NCBI GenBank assembly: GCA_900550585.1
Contig: URST01000001.1
Location: 3,099-67,098 of the forward strand
DNA length: 64,000 nt
Origin: an uncultured Eubacteriales bacterium
GTDB lineage: Bacteria > Bacillota > Clostridia > Oscillospirales > Oscillospiraceae
Reading direction: 5' to 3'
Shown piece by piece: positions 1 through 10,156 of this stretch; position 1 is the stretch's first letter; each line of letters opens with the position of its first letter. A program made the position numbers and the translations under genes. A model generated the notes under the pieces. The model was not told where the DNA came from, did no database searches, and saw only the letters and a program-made list of their open reading frames with translations.

Positions 1-1
1 C

Positions 2-3000
2 ATCACCTTCACCGTTGCCCCGGATGCGGAGATCACCTTTGCCAACGACACCGTGAAGAAGTTCCTGCCGGATACGGTGGAGCTGGTTGAAACCCCCGCT
101 GGCACCTACGGCGTCAAGAAGGCCAAGGTCTACGTTGCCAAGATCGGCGATACCAAGTACGAGACGCTGAAGGAAGCTATCAATGCTGCCCACACCGACG
201 ACACCATCACCCTGCTGGCGGATGTGGATCTGGGCAGCAGCAGCGTGGGCTTTTACAACCTCAACAGCACCAACCTGACCTTCGATCTGGGCGGCCACAC
301 GATCACATCGGCAATCGGGGATAAAGGTACTGTTTTGGCGACAAGAGAGGGTCTGGTCATCAAGAACGGCACGATCGTGAACACCAGTGAGGGCACAAAG
401 AGCAGTACTTCTGCGATTTATGTAACCAATGGCGGCACAACTACGCTTGAGAACGTGACTCTGCGCGCTAAGGGCAGCGGCCTTTATGTCTGCCGGTTAC
501 AGAGCAAGGTTAAAACCGTTACCGTGACTGTCGATATCAAAGAGGGCACTGCTATTAATGGCAAGTGTGGTGTCTATCTTGATGCGCCGATGGGCAGCAA
601 TAGTAAAGTTCATGCGGTGACATTGAATATAAACGGCGGAACGATTACCGGCACAGATGCTGGTGTGCACGCAAGGGGCGCTAGCAGCGGTAAAACGGGC
701 ACGGTCAGTATTAACATGACGGCCGGCACTGTAAGCAGCGTAAAAGTCGATACGGAAAGGGATACCTATCCGGTGAAGCTTAACGTTTCCGGCGGCACGA
801 TTGAAGGCAATCTGCAGAGCTTCGGCAAAGATGTCATCACCATCACCGGCGGTACTTTCAAGGGTGCTGTAACGAAGAAGAACACCAAAGGCACCATCTC
901 CATCTCCGGCGGTACGTTTGCCATCAAGCCTGACACGACATATCTGGTTAAGGGCTACACAATCACTGAGAACGCCGACAAGACCTACGGCGTCAAGAAA
1001 ACCACTTACGTCGCCGAGGTCAACGGTACACAGTACGAGTCCCTGCAGGCGGCCATCGACGCGGCCAGTAGAAAAACAACCGTGACGATGCTGGCGAATA
1101 CCAAGGAGAACGTCACCATTTCCACCAGCGATCTGACCCTTGACCTGAACGGCTTCACCCTCAACGGCGGCACTGTGGCGGGCAAGCCCGCGCTGACCGT
1201 TACGGCCCGCGTGACCGTCAAGGACAGCAGCGAGAAGCAGACCGGTACCATCATGCGTGAGGATACCGCGGAGAACTCCGGTGTTTCCTCCCACTATGTC
1301 ATCGACGTGCAGGGTGACGGCTGGCTGACCTTCGAAGGCGGCAACGTCGAGAACAACAGCGGTATTGTCGGTGTCACGGGCGCATCTCTGGTGCGCGTCG
1401 GCGACGACAGCGTTGAAAAGTTTCCCGGCCTGAACATCAAGGGCGGCACGTTTACCCAGGACAACTTCATCGTGATCAAGGTCGATCGCGGCGATCTGTT
1501 CCTGAACGGCGGCACCCTGAGCAGCAAGAACAGCTACGCCATTGAGAACTGGCACAGGGCCACCGTCAAGGGCGGCACGGTCAACGGCACAGTGGCGGCC
1601 TGGACGTACAGAGGCGGGCAGAACAGCGATCTGGAGATCAGCGGCGGCACCGTCACCGGCGATGTTACTTCCGTGAACTACGGCAATGCCGAGGGTAAGA
1701 AAGCGACCGTTACTATTAAGGGCGGCACCGTCAACGGCCAGCTGGATACCCGCAGCTATGATTCCGAGACGGGCGACTTGACCAGCATCGACGATGCTGC
1801 CAAGGCCACCATCAAAGTCACCGGCGGTACGTTCTCCAGCGATCCCAGCAAGTATGTGGTCGAGGATTCCACCGTTAAGACGAACACGGACGGCACCTTC
1901 GGCGTGGAGAAGGCTTATCTCGCCAAGGTCGGCGACACCTCCTACTACACCATGGACGAGGCGTTCAAGGCGCAGACGACCAGTGGTGAAGCTATCGTCC
2001 TTCTGCGCAACTACACCACCGGTTCACCGTTCAGATCCGGCAGCATTAACCGCACGGTGGATCTGAACAACTTCACCTGGACCTGCACCGGCACGGATGC
2101 AAACAGCGCCGCGTTCGAGATCAACTACTCCAACGTGACGCTGACCGTGAAGCGCGGCAAGGTGGTCAGCAGCCAGCTGGTAGGTCTGATCCCCTCCGCC
2201 ATGGGCGGCACCATCAAGTATGACAATTCCGGTCTGGTGTTCGAGAGCGTAGAGATGAAGACCACCGCCCACAGCGGTATAGAGACCAACGGCAACAACA
2301 CCAACGATACCGTCACGCTGAGGAATAGCACGCTGGACGTGCCCAACGGCTTCGGCATCTACTTCCCCAGCAGCGGCACGCTGACCATTGACAACAGCAC
2401 CATCACCGCCATGACCATGGGCGTGCAGGTCTGCGCCGGCAGCCTGAGCATCAATGAAGGCAGCGCCATCACCGTCACCGGCGACCCGGTCAAGAAGACC
2501 GAGAATGACGGCGCCATTCAGGACGGCGCGGCCATCTCCATCGTGAACCGCACCGGCTACAAGGTCCTGGACAAGATCGAGGTCACCGGCGGTAAGTTTA
2601 CTGCCAAGACCGGCAACGCGGCCATCAAGGCTTACAACTGGAACAGCGCGGCCGAGGCGTTTACTGAGAGCGGCAAGGTCGCCGTCTCCGGCGGTACGTT
2701 CTCCAGCGCGGTGGACGCGGACCTGTGCGAGACCGGCTATGCTCCCACCGTGAACGAGGACGGCACCTACACCGTGACGAAAGTCAAGGTCGCCGAGGTC
2801 AACAGTACACAGTACGACACGCTGGAGGCTGCCATCGCCGCCGCCAAGGACGGCGATACCGTCAAGCTGCTGGGCGATGTTGTCCTTGATAAAACGCTGA
2901 TCATCAAAGACAAGACCATCACGCTTGACCTGAATGGCAAGACTATCAGCAATAGTACGGATATTTGGAATGAGAGCATAAATGCATGGTCGCTGATCTC

Positions 3001-5734
3001 TGTGCGTGACAATGGTGATTTGACGATCAATGATACTGCTGGCGGCGGCACACTCAAGGCGAAAGAAAATGACTGCTACGCACTGGACGTGCAGGACGAG
3101 GATACTGCGCTGACTGTGAATGCCGGTACTTATGTTGGTAATATCAGTGCCATCTACGCATATGATGGTAAGGTTACCATCAACGGCGGTAAGTTCTCCC
3201 TGCTCCAGAAGATGACTGACGGCAAGGGCGAGAACAGATACCTCATCAACTGCATCGACGACAGCTTTGCGGACGGCAGCGCTGCGGTCGCCATCTACGG
3301 CGGTACGTTTGTGGGCTTCGATCCCGCCAACAACAAGGCGGAGGGCGAGAACACCAACTTCGTGCCTGCGGGATATGTTTCCACGAAGGGCGCGGACGGC
3401 TACACCGTGGAGCAGTACCTGCCTGTTGAGGTCTGGACTGGCTACAGCGGCACGAAGGTCGCCAGCTACGCCACCGTCGCGGAGGCTGCTAAGAACCTCA
3501 GCGAGAACAAGTGGATCGTTGTCGGCAAGGACTACACACTGACCGAGAGCTTCACCATTCCCGAGCGTGTGTTCTTCGATGTGGCAGACGGCGCTACCCT
3601 GACTGTGGCCGAGGGCGTGACCCTGACCGTGGCGGCAAACGCCAAGCGTCTGGGTGTCCGCGCCGGCGCAACGCTGGTGAACAACGGCACCATTATGGTT
3701 TGTGGCACCAGCTACAGCAGCGGTTATGTCATGGTGCAGGACGGCGCCAACTTTGATGTTGCCAAGCTGAGTGTTCCCAAGGATCACTTCCTTGACAACA
3801 ATAACTCGAACTACTTTGCTACTGCCAATGCGGAGGCATCTTTCGAAATCGCCTACAGTGATGGGACTACGAAGAAGGCAAAGAGCCTGACGAACCTCGC
3901 GGGCGCGACCAAGGTGACGCTGCTCAAGGATGTCACGGACTTTGCAAGAAGCTTTGGCAGCACGGACAAGTTGAGCGACAACTTCGTCCTCGACCTCGGC
4001 GGTCACACGCTGAGCGGCAAGCCCAACGCTTCCGGGCCGGTTCTGGATATTAGCGTTCCGATGACTATTCAGAACGGTACGATCAAGAACGTATCCGAAA
4101 ACAAGGCTCCTAAGGCGAACCCCGGCGCACTGACGACTTCTGCGGATGTCACAATCGCCAAGGATGCTATCATCGACGGCGGCAGCGTGGGCTACGCTAT
4201 CTGGACGGATGGCTATGGCCACACGCTGACGGTCAACGGCAAGGTGACGAGCGAGGGCTCCTATGCCATCACCAGCAATGGCTCCGAAAACGGCGGCTTG
4301 ATTGCTGAGTGCAACATCATCGTCAACGAGGGCGCCTCGATCACGGCACCCAAGGGCATTGCCATCTATCATCCCGAGAAGGGTACCGTGACCATCAACG
4401 GCGGTACGATCACCGGTCATACCGGTGTGCAGATGTGCTCGGGTGAGTTGGTCATCAACGGCGCCAGCATCACCTCCAACGGTGCCAACATGGATGCCAC
4501 TGGCAGCCTGAACGCCATCCTTGACGGCGCGGCTATCTCCATCATCAACCGCAATTATCCCGGCGGTGTGCCCACTGCTGAGATCAAGGGCGGTACGTTC
4601 GCTGCTAACGGCAAGGATGCACAGACCGTCAAGGCCTATGACTACACCGGCGACAAGGTTGCTGAGTGGACTGCGGCTGGCGACCATGTCAATATCTCCG
4701 GCGGTACGTTCAGCAGCATCCCCACCAACATGGGTGCGCTGTGCGCGGACGGCTACAAGACCGTTTATGATGCGGATGCAGGCCTGTACGATGTGGTTCC
4801 GGCGAATGCGAAGATCACTGTCGGCAAGCGCCTGTTGATCGGCAACGACCTGACCATCACCTACCTAGTCAACCTGACCGACTGCACGAATCCGTGGGTG
4901 AGGTTCCAGTTCTACGACGATGACATCAAGGCATATACAACGGTCGAGGTCAAGAACTACGGAATGGATACCGTTGAGGGTCCCGATAGAAAACCTGTGA
5001 GGGTATTCACCTTCGACTTCACCGGCATCAATCCCCAGCGTATGACCGATACGCTGAAGGCAACCGTGTATGCAACGGATGCAAGCGGCAATGAGGTTGA
5101 GTATCAGGTCGCCGATTACAGCGTGGCACAGTATTGCAGCAACAAGCTGGCGAAGCTTGGCCAGGATGCTTCGCTGCGGAAACTGATCGGCAATCTGGTC
5201 GCGTACGGCGCGGCGGCTCAGGTATACCAGAATTATCGTACGGATAATCTGGTGAGCACAGTTGTGTCCGGTGCCGTTTCTACCGATTACACTGACCGGC
5301 TGTCCAGCGTGACGCAGTACACCGGAAAGGTGACGGGCGCTGCCGGCGTCAATATCAAGGGCAAGACGCTGGTTCTGAGCAACACCTTCGCAGTGCGTGT
5401 GTACTTCACGGTGAACGAGGGCGTTGACATTGCGAATGTCAGCTTCAATGTGACCGCTAACGGCAAGACTGACACTGTGAACTCCTTCGAGAAGGACGAG
5501 AAGCTGGGCTATTACTACTTCGACTATGCGAACCTGAACGCTACGCAGTTGGGTAGTGAGGTCAAATTCGAGTCTTTCGTCAACGGGACTGGCGTGGGCG
5601 ATATGGTGACATACAGTGTCAACACCTATCTGGCAAAGAAGATGCCCAATTATGACAAGAGCAGCAATGCGTATAAGCTCATGGCAGAACTGTTCAACTA
5701 TGGTTGTGCCTGCACGGAGTATGCAAGTAAGTAA
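2..5734 (+). CDS. Very large modular surface/secreted protein, 5'-truncated by the window; repeated beta-helix-like modules and a duplicated C-terminal domain
   Basis: Frame is open from base 2 (ITFTVAPDAE...), so the listed GTG at 53 is internal. Modules start with YVAxVxxTxYxTLxxAI and end with ISGGTF...GY...DGTYGV. No LPXTG, SLH or C-terminal TM segment is seen. Confidence 0.85.
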   Translation: MTFTVAPDAEITFANDTVKKFLPDTVELVETPAGTYGVKKAKVYVAKIGDTKYETLKEAINAAHTDDTITLLADVDLGSSSVGFYNLNSTNLTFDLGGHTITSAIGDKGTVLATREGLVIKNGTIVNTSEGTKSSTSAIYVTNGGTTTLENVTLRAKGSGLYVCRLQSKVKTVTVTVDIKEGTAINGKCGVYLDAPMGSNSKVHAVTLNINGGTITGTDAGVHARGASSGKTGTVSINMTAGTVSSVKVDTERDTYPVKLNVSGGTIEGNLQSFGKDVITITGGTFKGAVTKKNTKGTISISGGTFAIKPDTTYLVKGYTITENADKTYGVKKTTYVAEVNGTQYESLQAAIDAASRKTTVTMLANTKENVTISTSDLTLDLNGFTLNGGTVAGKPALTVTARVTVKDSSEKQTGTIMREDTAENSGVSSHYVIDVQGDGWLTFEGGNVENNSGIVGVTGASLVRVGDDSVEKFPGLNIKGGTFTQDNFIVIKVDRGDLFLNGGTLSSKNSYAIENWHRATVKGGTVNGTVAAWTYRGGQNSDLEISGGTVTGDVTSVNYGNAEGKKATVTIKGGTVNGQLDTRSYDSETGDLTSIDDAAKATIKVTGGTFSSDPSKYVVEDSTVKTNTDGTFGVEKAYLAKVGDTSYYTMDEAFKAQTTSGEAIVLLRNYTTGSPFRSGSINRTVDLNNFTWTCTGTDANSAAFEINYSNVTLTVKRGKVVSSQLVGLIPSAMGGTIKYDNSGLVFESVEMKTTAHSGIETNGNNTNDTVTLRNSTLDVPNGFGIYFPSSGTLTIDNSTITAMTMGVQVCAGSLSINEGSAITVTGDPVKKTENDGAIQDGAAISIVNRTGYKVLDKIEVTGGKFTAKTGNAAIKAYNWNSAAEAFTESGKVAVSGGTFSSAVDADLCETGYAPTVNEDGTYTVTKVKVAEVNSTQYDTLEAAIAAAKDGDTVKLLGDVVLDKTLIIKDKTITLDLNGKTISNSTDIWNESINAWSLISVRDNGDLTINDTAGGGTLKAKENDCYALDVQDEDTALTVNAGTYVGNISAIYAYDGKVTINGGKFSLLQKMTDGKGENRYLINCIDDSFADGSAAVAIYGGTFVGFDPANNKAEGENTNFVPAGYVSTKGADGYTVEQYLPVEVWTGYSGTKVASYATVAEAAKNLSENKWIVVGKDYTLTESFTIPERVFFDVADGATLTVAEGVTLTVAANAKRLGVRAGATLVNNGTIMVCGTSYSSGYVMVQDGANFDVAKLSVPKDHFLDNNNSNYFATANAEASFEIAYSDGTTKKAKSLTNLAGATKVTLLKDVTDFARSFGSTDKLSDNFVLDLGGHTLSGKPNASGPVLDISVPMTIQNGTIKNVSENKAPKANPGALTTSADVTIAKDAIIDGGSVGYAIWTDGYGHTLTVNGKVTSEGSYAITSNGSENGGLIAECNIIVNEGASITAPKGIAIYHPEKGTVTINGGTITGHTGVQMCSGELVINGASITSNGANMDATGSLNAILDGAAISIINRNYPGGVPTAEIKGGTFAANGKDAQTVKAYDYTGDKVAEWTAAGDHVNISGGTFSSIPTNMGALCADGYKTVYDADAGLYDVVPANAKITVGKRLLIGNDLTITYLVNLTDCTNPWVRFQFYDDDIKAYTTVEVKNYGMDTVEGPDRKPVRVFTFDFTGINPQRMTDTLKATVYATDASGNEVEYQVADYSVAQYCSNKLAKLGQDASLRKLIGNLVAYGAAAQVYQNYRTDNLVSTVVSGAVSTDYTDRLSSVTQYTGKVTGAAGVNIKGKTLVLSNTFAVRVYFTVNEGVDIANVSFNVTANGKTDTVNSFEKDEKLGYYYFDYANLNATQLGSEVKFESFVNGTGVGDMVTYSVNTYLAKKMPNYDKSSNAYKLMAELFNYGCACTEYASK

Positions 5735-5746
5735 AGGAGGAAGAGT

Positions 5747-5851
5747 ATGAAGTACGTTGCACCTGAGATGAAGGTACTGGAGCTGGCGGCAACGGACGTG
5801 ATCGTCTGCTCCAGCGGCCCGATCGTAACACCGCCGGACTGGGAAGACTAA
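5747..5851 (+). CDS. Small 34-aa peptide MKYVAPEMKVLELAATDVIVCSSGPIVTPPDWED
   Basis: AAGGAGG RBS directly after the surface-protein stop; ATG 5747, TAA 5849-5851; host-like codons; followed by a strong hairpin. Below the ORF-track cutoff. Confidence 0.75.
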   Translation: MKYVAPEMKVLELAATDVIVCSSGPIVTPPDWED

Positions 5852-5872
5852 TCTATATCTCAAACACCGACG

Positions 5873-5909
5873 GAAGGCGGGCGGCACAGCCGCCCGCCTT
5901 CTTCCCTTT
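5873..5909 (+). terminator. Stem-loop (terminator or mRNA-stabilising hairpin) after the peptide gene
   Basis: gaaggcgggcggc-aca-gccgcccgccttc, a 13-bp perfect stem with a weak pyrimidine tail. Confidence 0.6.
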
Positions 5910-5941
5910 GTCCGCGCCCTGCGGCAGAAAGGAGTATCCGT

Positions 5942-6772
5942 ATGAAACAGAAATGGATGGCGGCGCTGCTGGCGCTGTGCCTGCTGGCATCGCTGTGTGC
6001 CTGCGGCGGAAAGACGCCTGCGGACGAGACGCCTGACCGGCCGGACACGGAGCAGACCGGCAGCGCAAGCCCCGGGGAAACCACCGGCGACACCGACTGC
6101 GCTCATGAGCAGCTGACGGCCAACGTGACCCAGCCCACCTGCACGCAGGACGGCTCCGTGGTCTACACCTGCGACAGCTGCGGCGCGGCGGTGCGGACAA
6201 CGCCGCTGCCCGCCATGAACCACAGCTACCGCTGGGAGGACGATGACAGCGGCCACTGGCAGGTGTGCGCTATCTGCGGCGACAAGACGGCTTCGGCGGC
6301 GCACACGCTGCAGAACGGCGTCTGCACCGTATGCGGCCATCAGACCGGCCAGAGCGGCGGCGTCCGCTACACCCATGCGTACAAGGAGCAGGTGACGGCG
6401 GCCACCTGTACGGCGGGGGGCTACACCACATACACCTGCGCCTGCGGCAGGAGCTACACCGACAGCTTTACACCGGCGTTGGGCCACCGCTACACCGCCG
6501 CGGTAACGACGGCGGCCACCTGCACGGAGGCGGGGGTGCGGACGTACACCTGTACCGTGTGCGGCGACAGCTTCACGGAGGTCATCCCGGCGGCGGGACA
6601 CCGGTACGCGGACGGCATCTGCACCGTATGCGGCGCGGCTGACCCCAACGCGCCCGACCCGGCCCCCGATCCCGCGCCTGACCCGACGCCCGACCCGGAG
6701 CCGATGCCCGATCCCGACCCGGAGGAGCCCTCCGGCTCCGGTGAGATCGTGCTGCCGGATCTGGACGAGTAA
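5942..6772 (+). CDS. Lipoprotein with Cys-rich (CxxCG/H) repeats and a Pro-Asp tail
   Basis: Signal peptide with lipobox LCA-C; repeated TCT..G...YTCxxCG; PDPAPDP repeats; AGGAG RBS. Confidence 0.85.
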   Translation: MKQKWMAALLALCLLASLCACGGKTPADETPDRPDTEQTGSASPGETTGDTDCAHEQLTANVTQPTCTQDGSVVYTCDSCGAAVRTTPLPAMNHSYRWEDDDSGHWQVCAICGDKTASAAHTLQNGVCTVCGHQTGQSGGVRYTHAYKEQVTAATCTAGGYTTYTCACGRSYTDSFTPALGHRYTAAVTTAATCTEAGVRTYTCTVCGDSFTEVIPAAGHRYADGICTVCGAADPNAPDPAPDPAPDPTPDPEPMPDPDPEEPSGSGEIVLPDLDE

Positions 6773-6783
6773 CGCAACACGGC

Positions 6784-6820
6784 AATAAATATCCCCCATA
6801 CCGGGGGATATTTATTTTTT
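6784..6820. terminator. Bidirectional intrinsic terminator
   Basis: aataaatatccccc...gggggatatttatt followed by a T tract, between convergent genes. Confidence 0.75.
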
Positions 6821-6925
6821 GCGCAAAAAGGGAGGCGGACGCATACCGTCCGCCCCAAGTGAGGAGAAAAATGATGGAAAAAGTATTTCAAACGGGTAAG
6901 ACCCGCTGAAACCGGTGAAGATAGG

Positions 6926-7186
6926 TCAAAGCACGGTGCACAGCAGCCACGTCAGACCGATGGCGGCGGCGCCTGCGGCGGCCCAGAGCCACGCGGGTGC
7001 GCGGAAGCGCCGGCGGGGCGCGCCCTGACAGCGGGCGTAGTTCTTGGCGATGCGGACGGCCTGATCCACCAGTTGCTGGGAGCTGACACCGCCGCCGTCC
7101 GTACGGAGAATGAAAATTGCCTGTTCGAAGATCTGCGGGTCGGGGGAATCCACCACGATGACCCGGCGTGAAATGCCTTTGACCAA
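6926..7186 (-). CDS. Small conserved hypothetical membrane-anchored protein (MVKGISRRVIVVDSPDP...)
   Basis: AGGAGG RBS then TTG at 7186; C-terminal hydrophobic helix. The longer listed ORF overlaps spoIIE. Confidence 0.7.
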   Translation of the reverse strand: MVKGISRRVIVVDSPDPQIFEQAIFILRTDGGGVSSQQLVDQAVRIAKNYARCQGAPRRRFRAPAWLWAAAGAAAIGLTWLLCTVL

Positions 7187-7245
7187 GAGTATGCCCTCCT
7201 TGCTGTCCGTTTTCATAGTGATAGTATGGACAGCGCGGCGGCGGC

Positions 7246-9255
7246 TTATACCTGCGATCTGCCGGAAGCTTCGGCGCGGGGGCGGTACAGCGCCAGCACG
7301 GCGCAGTCGTCGGACAGCCCGCCGTGGTCGGCGGAGAGCGTCAGGATGCGGCGGGCCAGCTCCTCCGGGGAGCTGCCCTCCCAGCCGGCCAGCAGATCCT
7401 GCACCCATTCATCGCCGTCCCCGGCAGTGACGCCATCGGACAGCAGCACCAGCCAGCCGCCCGGCGGCAGGGTGAAACGGATGGCCTCCGGCTGCTGGGA
7501 GGCCTCCTCCAGTCCGGCGGGCAGCGCACTGCCGGCGTACCGGACGACGCGCCCGTGCTTCTTGAAATAGGACGCCGCCGCGCCGTACTTGTACAGCGTC
7601 ACCGCGCCGGTGGCGCGGTCGATCCGGGCCAGGTCGATGGTGGTGAAGCCGCCGCCCTCCCGACACCGCAGCAGCAGCGCGGTGTTCAGGGTCTTCAGGG
7701 CGGGGGGCGGCTCCACCCCGGCCTGCAGGAACTGCTTCAGCAGCCGGACGGTCATGGCGGCCTCCCGGTGGGCGGCCTCGCCGCTGCCCATACCGTCGGA
7801 CAGCAGCAGATAGGCGGCGCTGCCCGCCTCGAAGGACGCGGTCTGGTCGCCGCACAGCGTCTCTCCCTCCCGGGGACGCAGGGCGGTGCCGGTGACGCAG
7901 CTGAACCGGGGCGGCGCCGATGCCGGTACGTCGGTGGACAGCACCTCCGACATCTGGGCGTACTGCTCCCGCGCCACCTGATAGGCCGCCTCCAGCTGGA
8001 GCCGGTGGGCGCGGCGCAGCAGGAACTGGTGGAGCTGGTCGTTCAGCGCCTCCAGCAGCTGGGGGAAGTGCAGGCAGCGGCTGGCGAAATGCAGGGGGAA
8101 ATCCTCCGCGCAGGCGCTGCCCCGGTGCAGCAGCCGGGGGCAGGCGTCGTTGAAGGCGTTGTAGGTGTCGTTGTAGTGTGTCTGCCAGCAGTCCTGCCGC
8201 AGCAGGCACCCGGCGCATACCTGCTCGGCGGCCCGGTCAAAGAGCACGGCGGGATTCTCCGGGCGGGGCGGCACGGTGTCGGTGAAGAAACTGTCGTACA
8301 CGGCCCGGAACGCGGCGGCGGGCGTCGCCGCCTCCGTCTGGCCGGGAACGCTCCGGGAGACGCTGGCGGCCCGCTGTGCCAGCTGGGGCAGCAGATGCTC
8401 CGGCAGCAGCAGGTACAGTCCCGCCCCGGCGATGTTCTGGCACAGCAGCGGCAGCGGGTCCGGCCCATCCAGCAGCAGATACACGGCGGATGCCACGGCA
8501 CAGAACGCCATCGGTGTAAGCAGCCGTCCCCGCTTCTGCAGGGCGGCGGCAGCGGCGGCAGCGCCGCAGAGCACAGCGGTCAGCAGCACCGTCTCGCCGG
8601 TGTAGAGATCCAGCACAAGGCCGGTAACGGCCCCTGCAGCGGCAGCAGACGCGGGGGTCATGCGGCGCGCCGCCGCCAGCAGCAGGGCGGCGGCCAGCAG
8701 GCCGCCCACCCGAAAGCCGGATACCTCCCAGCCGTAGGCGGACAGGCACAGCCCCAGCGCCAGCAGGAAGCCCGCCTGCTGCCGTGCCTCCCCGTCGGCG
8801 GTGCCGTCCGTCAGGGCGGGCAGCAGCACGGCGCCGGCCCAGAGGATGGCCAGCGCGGCGGCGCACAGTGTCCACTGCCGGGGCTGGCGCTGGAACAGAT
8901 ACGCCGACTGCACCAGCAGCGTCATGACTGCGGCAGCGGCAGGGCGGAACCGGGGCCTCCGGTACAGCCGGGTGGTGCAGAAGGCGGTGCTGGCGCAGAA
9001 GATCAGAATGGCGGCGGCGGTATGGCGCAGACCCGCCTGAAAATCCAGAAAAAGAAAAGCGCCCAGCCCGGCGCCCAGCAGGGCGCTCAGCCCGGGCCAT
9101 CCGACGCCGGCGGCGGATACGACCGCCAGCGACCAGGGGCTGTACAGGCCGTCCAGTGCCCCGCCGGTCAACAGAAAAGCGGCGGCAGCCGGTAAAAACA
9201 TGGTCAAAAGCGGGCGGAGCGGGACGGAACGGCTGACCTCAGTGACAGTTTTCAA
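7246..9255 (-). CDS. spoIIE: Stage II sporulation protein E-like PP2C phosphatase
   Basis: Multi-TM N-terminus, CxxC...CW motif, PP2C motifs CGD, LSDGMGSG, TTID, LSDGV and DDC. Confidence 0.85.
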   Translation of the reverse strand: MKTVTEVSRSVPLRPLLTMFLPAAAAFLLTGGALDGLYSPWSLAVVSAAGVGWPGLSALLGAGLGAFLFLDFQAGLRHTAAAILIFCASTAFCTTRLYRRPRFRPAAAAVMTLLVQSAYLFQRQPRQWTLCAAALAILWAGAVLLPALTDGTADGEARQQAGFLLALGLCLSAYGWEVSGFRVGGLLAAALLLAAARRMTPASAAAAGAVTGLVLDLYTGETVLLTAVLCGAAAAAAALQKRGRLLTPMAFCAVASAVYLLLDGPDPLPLLCQNIAGAGLYLLLPEHLLPQLAQRAASVSRSVPGQTEAATPAAAFRAVYDSFFTDTVPPRPENPAVLFDRAAEQVCAGCLLRQDCWQTHYNDTYNAFNDACPRLLHRGSACAEDFPLHFASRCLHFPQLLEALNDQLHQFLLRRAHRLQLEAAYQVAREQYAQMSEVLSTDVPASAPPRFSCVTGTALRPREGETLCGDQTASFEAGSAAYLLLSDGMGSGEAAHREAAMTVRLLKQFLQAGVEPPPALKTLNTALLLRCREGGGFTTIDLARIDRATGAVTLYKYGAAASYFKKHGRVVRYAGSALPAGLEEASQQPEAIRFTLPPGGWLVLLSDGVTAGDGDEWVQDLLAGWEGSSPEELARRILTLSADHGGLSDDCAVLALYRPRAEASGRSQV

Positions 9256-9394
9256 GGCTTGTCCCTCCTTTCGTCCTTATTGTAGCGGAAAGGCGGGGCG
9301 CATCCTGTCGGGAAATTTTGCTGTTGTATTTCCCCGGCTGATTTGGTACAATGACGGCGGTAACAACAGGTATTTCCACAAAAGGAGGAGCCCT

Positions 9395-10093
9395 ATGAAG
9401 AAGTTTGCGGCCATGCTGATGGCCTTGATGCTGATGGCCATGACGGCCTGCGGCCAGCAGGCGCCGGAGCAGACCGGCGGCACGGTGGAGCCGGGCGCGC
9501 AGCCGGATCCGTCCGTCACCGGGCAGGTGGACACCGCTGCGCCGGACGGGGATGCGCCGGAGATGGGCAGCGTAAACGGCGGCACCTACACCAACGAATT
9601 TGCCGGTATCGGCTGCACGCTGGACGAGACGTGGGTGTTCTACACGGAGGAGCAGATCGCGGAGATCAACGGTTTCCTCACCGACGGCACCAGCGATGAG
9701 GATATGAAAAAGCTGATGGAGGAGAACCAGAGCGTGCAGGACATGTACGCCACCTCCACCGATGGGCTGATGACCATGAACGTGGTGTTCCAGAACATGG
9801 GCCTGCTGTTCGGCACCACCATGAGCGCCCAGGAGTATGCGGAGCTGTCCGCCCAGCAGCTGCCGGACGCCATGACCACCTACGGCTTTGAGAATGTCAC
9901 CGCCGCCGTGACCACGGCGGAGTTCGCCGGTGCGGAGTGCCCGGCGGTGGCCCTGACGGCCACGGTGCAGGACACCCCCATGTACGAGTTGGTGATCTGC
10001 CTGAAGCAGGGCAACTACATCTACTGTGTGACGCTGTGCAGCTATACGGAGGACGTGACAGCCCAGATGGCGGAGCTGTTCTACGCATTGTAA
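9395..10093 (+). CDS. Acidic lipoprotein of unknown function
   Basis: AGGAGG RBS, ATG 9395, signal peptide MKKFAAMLMALMLMAMTA-C. Confidence 0.8.
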   Translation: MKKFAAMLMALMLMAMTACGQQAPEQTGGTVEPGAQPDPSVTGQVDTAAPDGDAPEMGSVNGGTYTNEFAGIGCTLDETWVFYTEEQIAEINGFLTDGTSDEDMKKLMEENQSVQDMYATSTDGLMTMNVVFQNMGLLFGTTMSAQEYAELSAQQLPDAMTTYGFENVTAAVTTAEFAGAECPAVALTATVQDTPMYELVICLKQGNYIYCVTLCSYTEDVTAQMAELFYAL

Positions 10094-10103
10094 AACAACG
10101 CAG

Positions 10104-10137
10104 GCAAGCCGCGGCACGGGCCGCGGCTTGCTTTTTT
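10104..10137 (+). terminator. Intrinsic terminator
   Basis: gcaagccgcggc-acgg-gccgcggcttgc followed by T6. Confidence 0.85.
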
Positions 10138-10156
10138 CGGGAGAGGAGCGGATACC

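Noticed and set aside
497..4687. Long minus-strand ORFs (352 and 887 aa) opposite the surface protein
   Set aside because: Antisense shadows produced by high GC3 codon bias; no RBS or recognisable motifs
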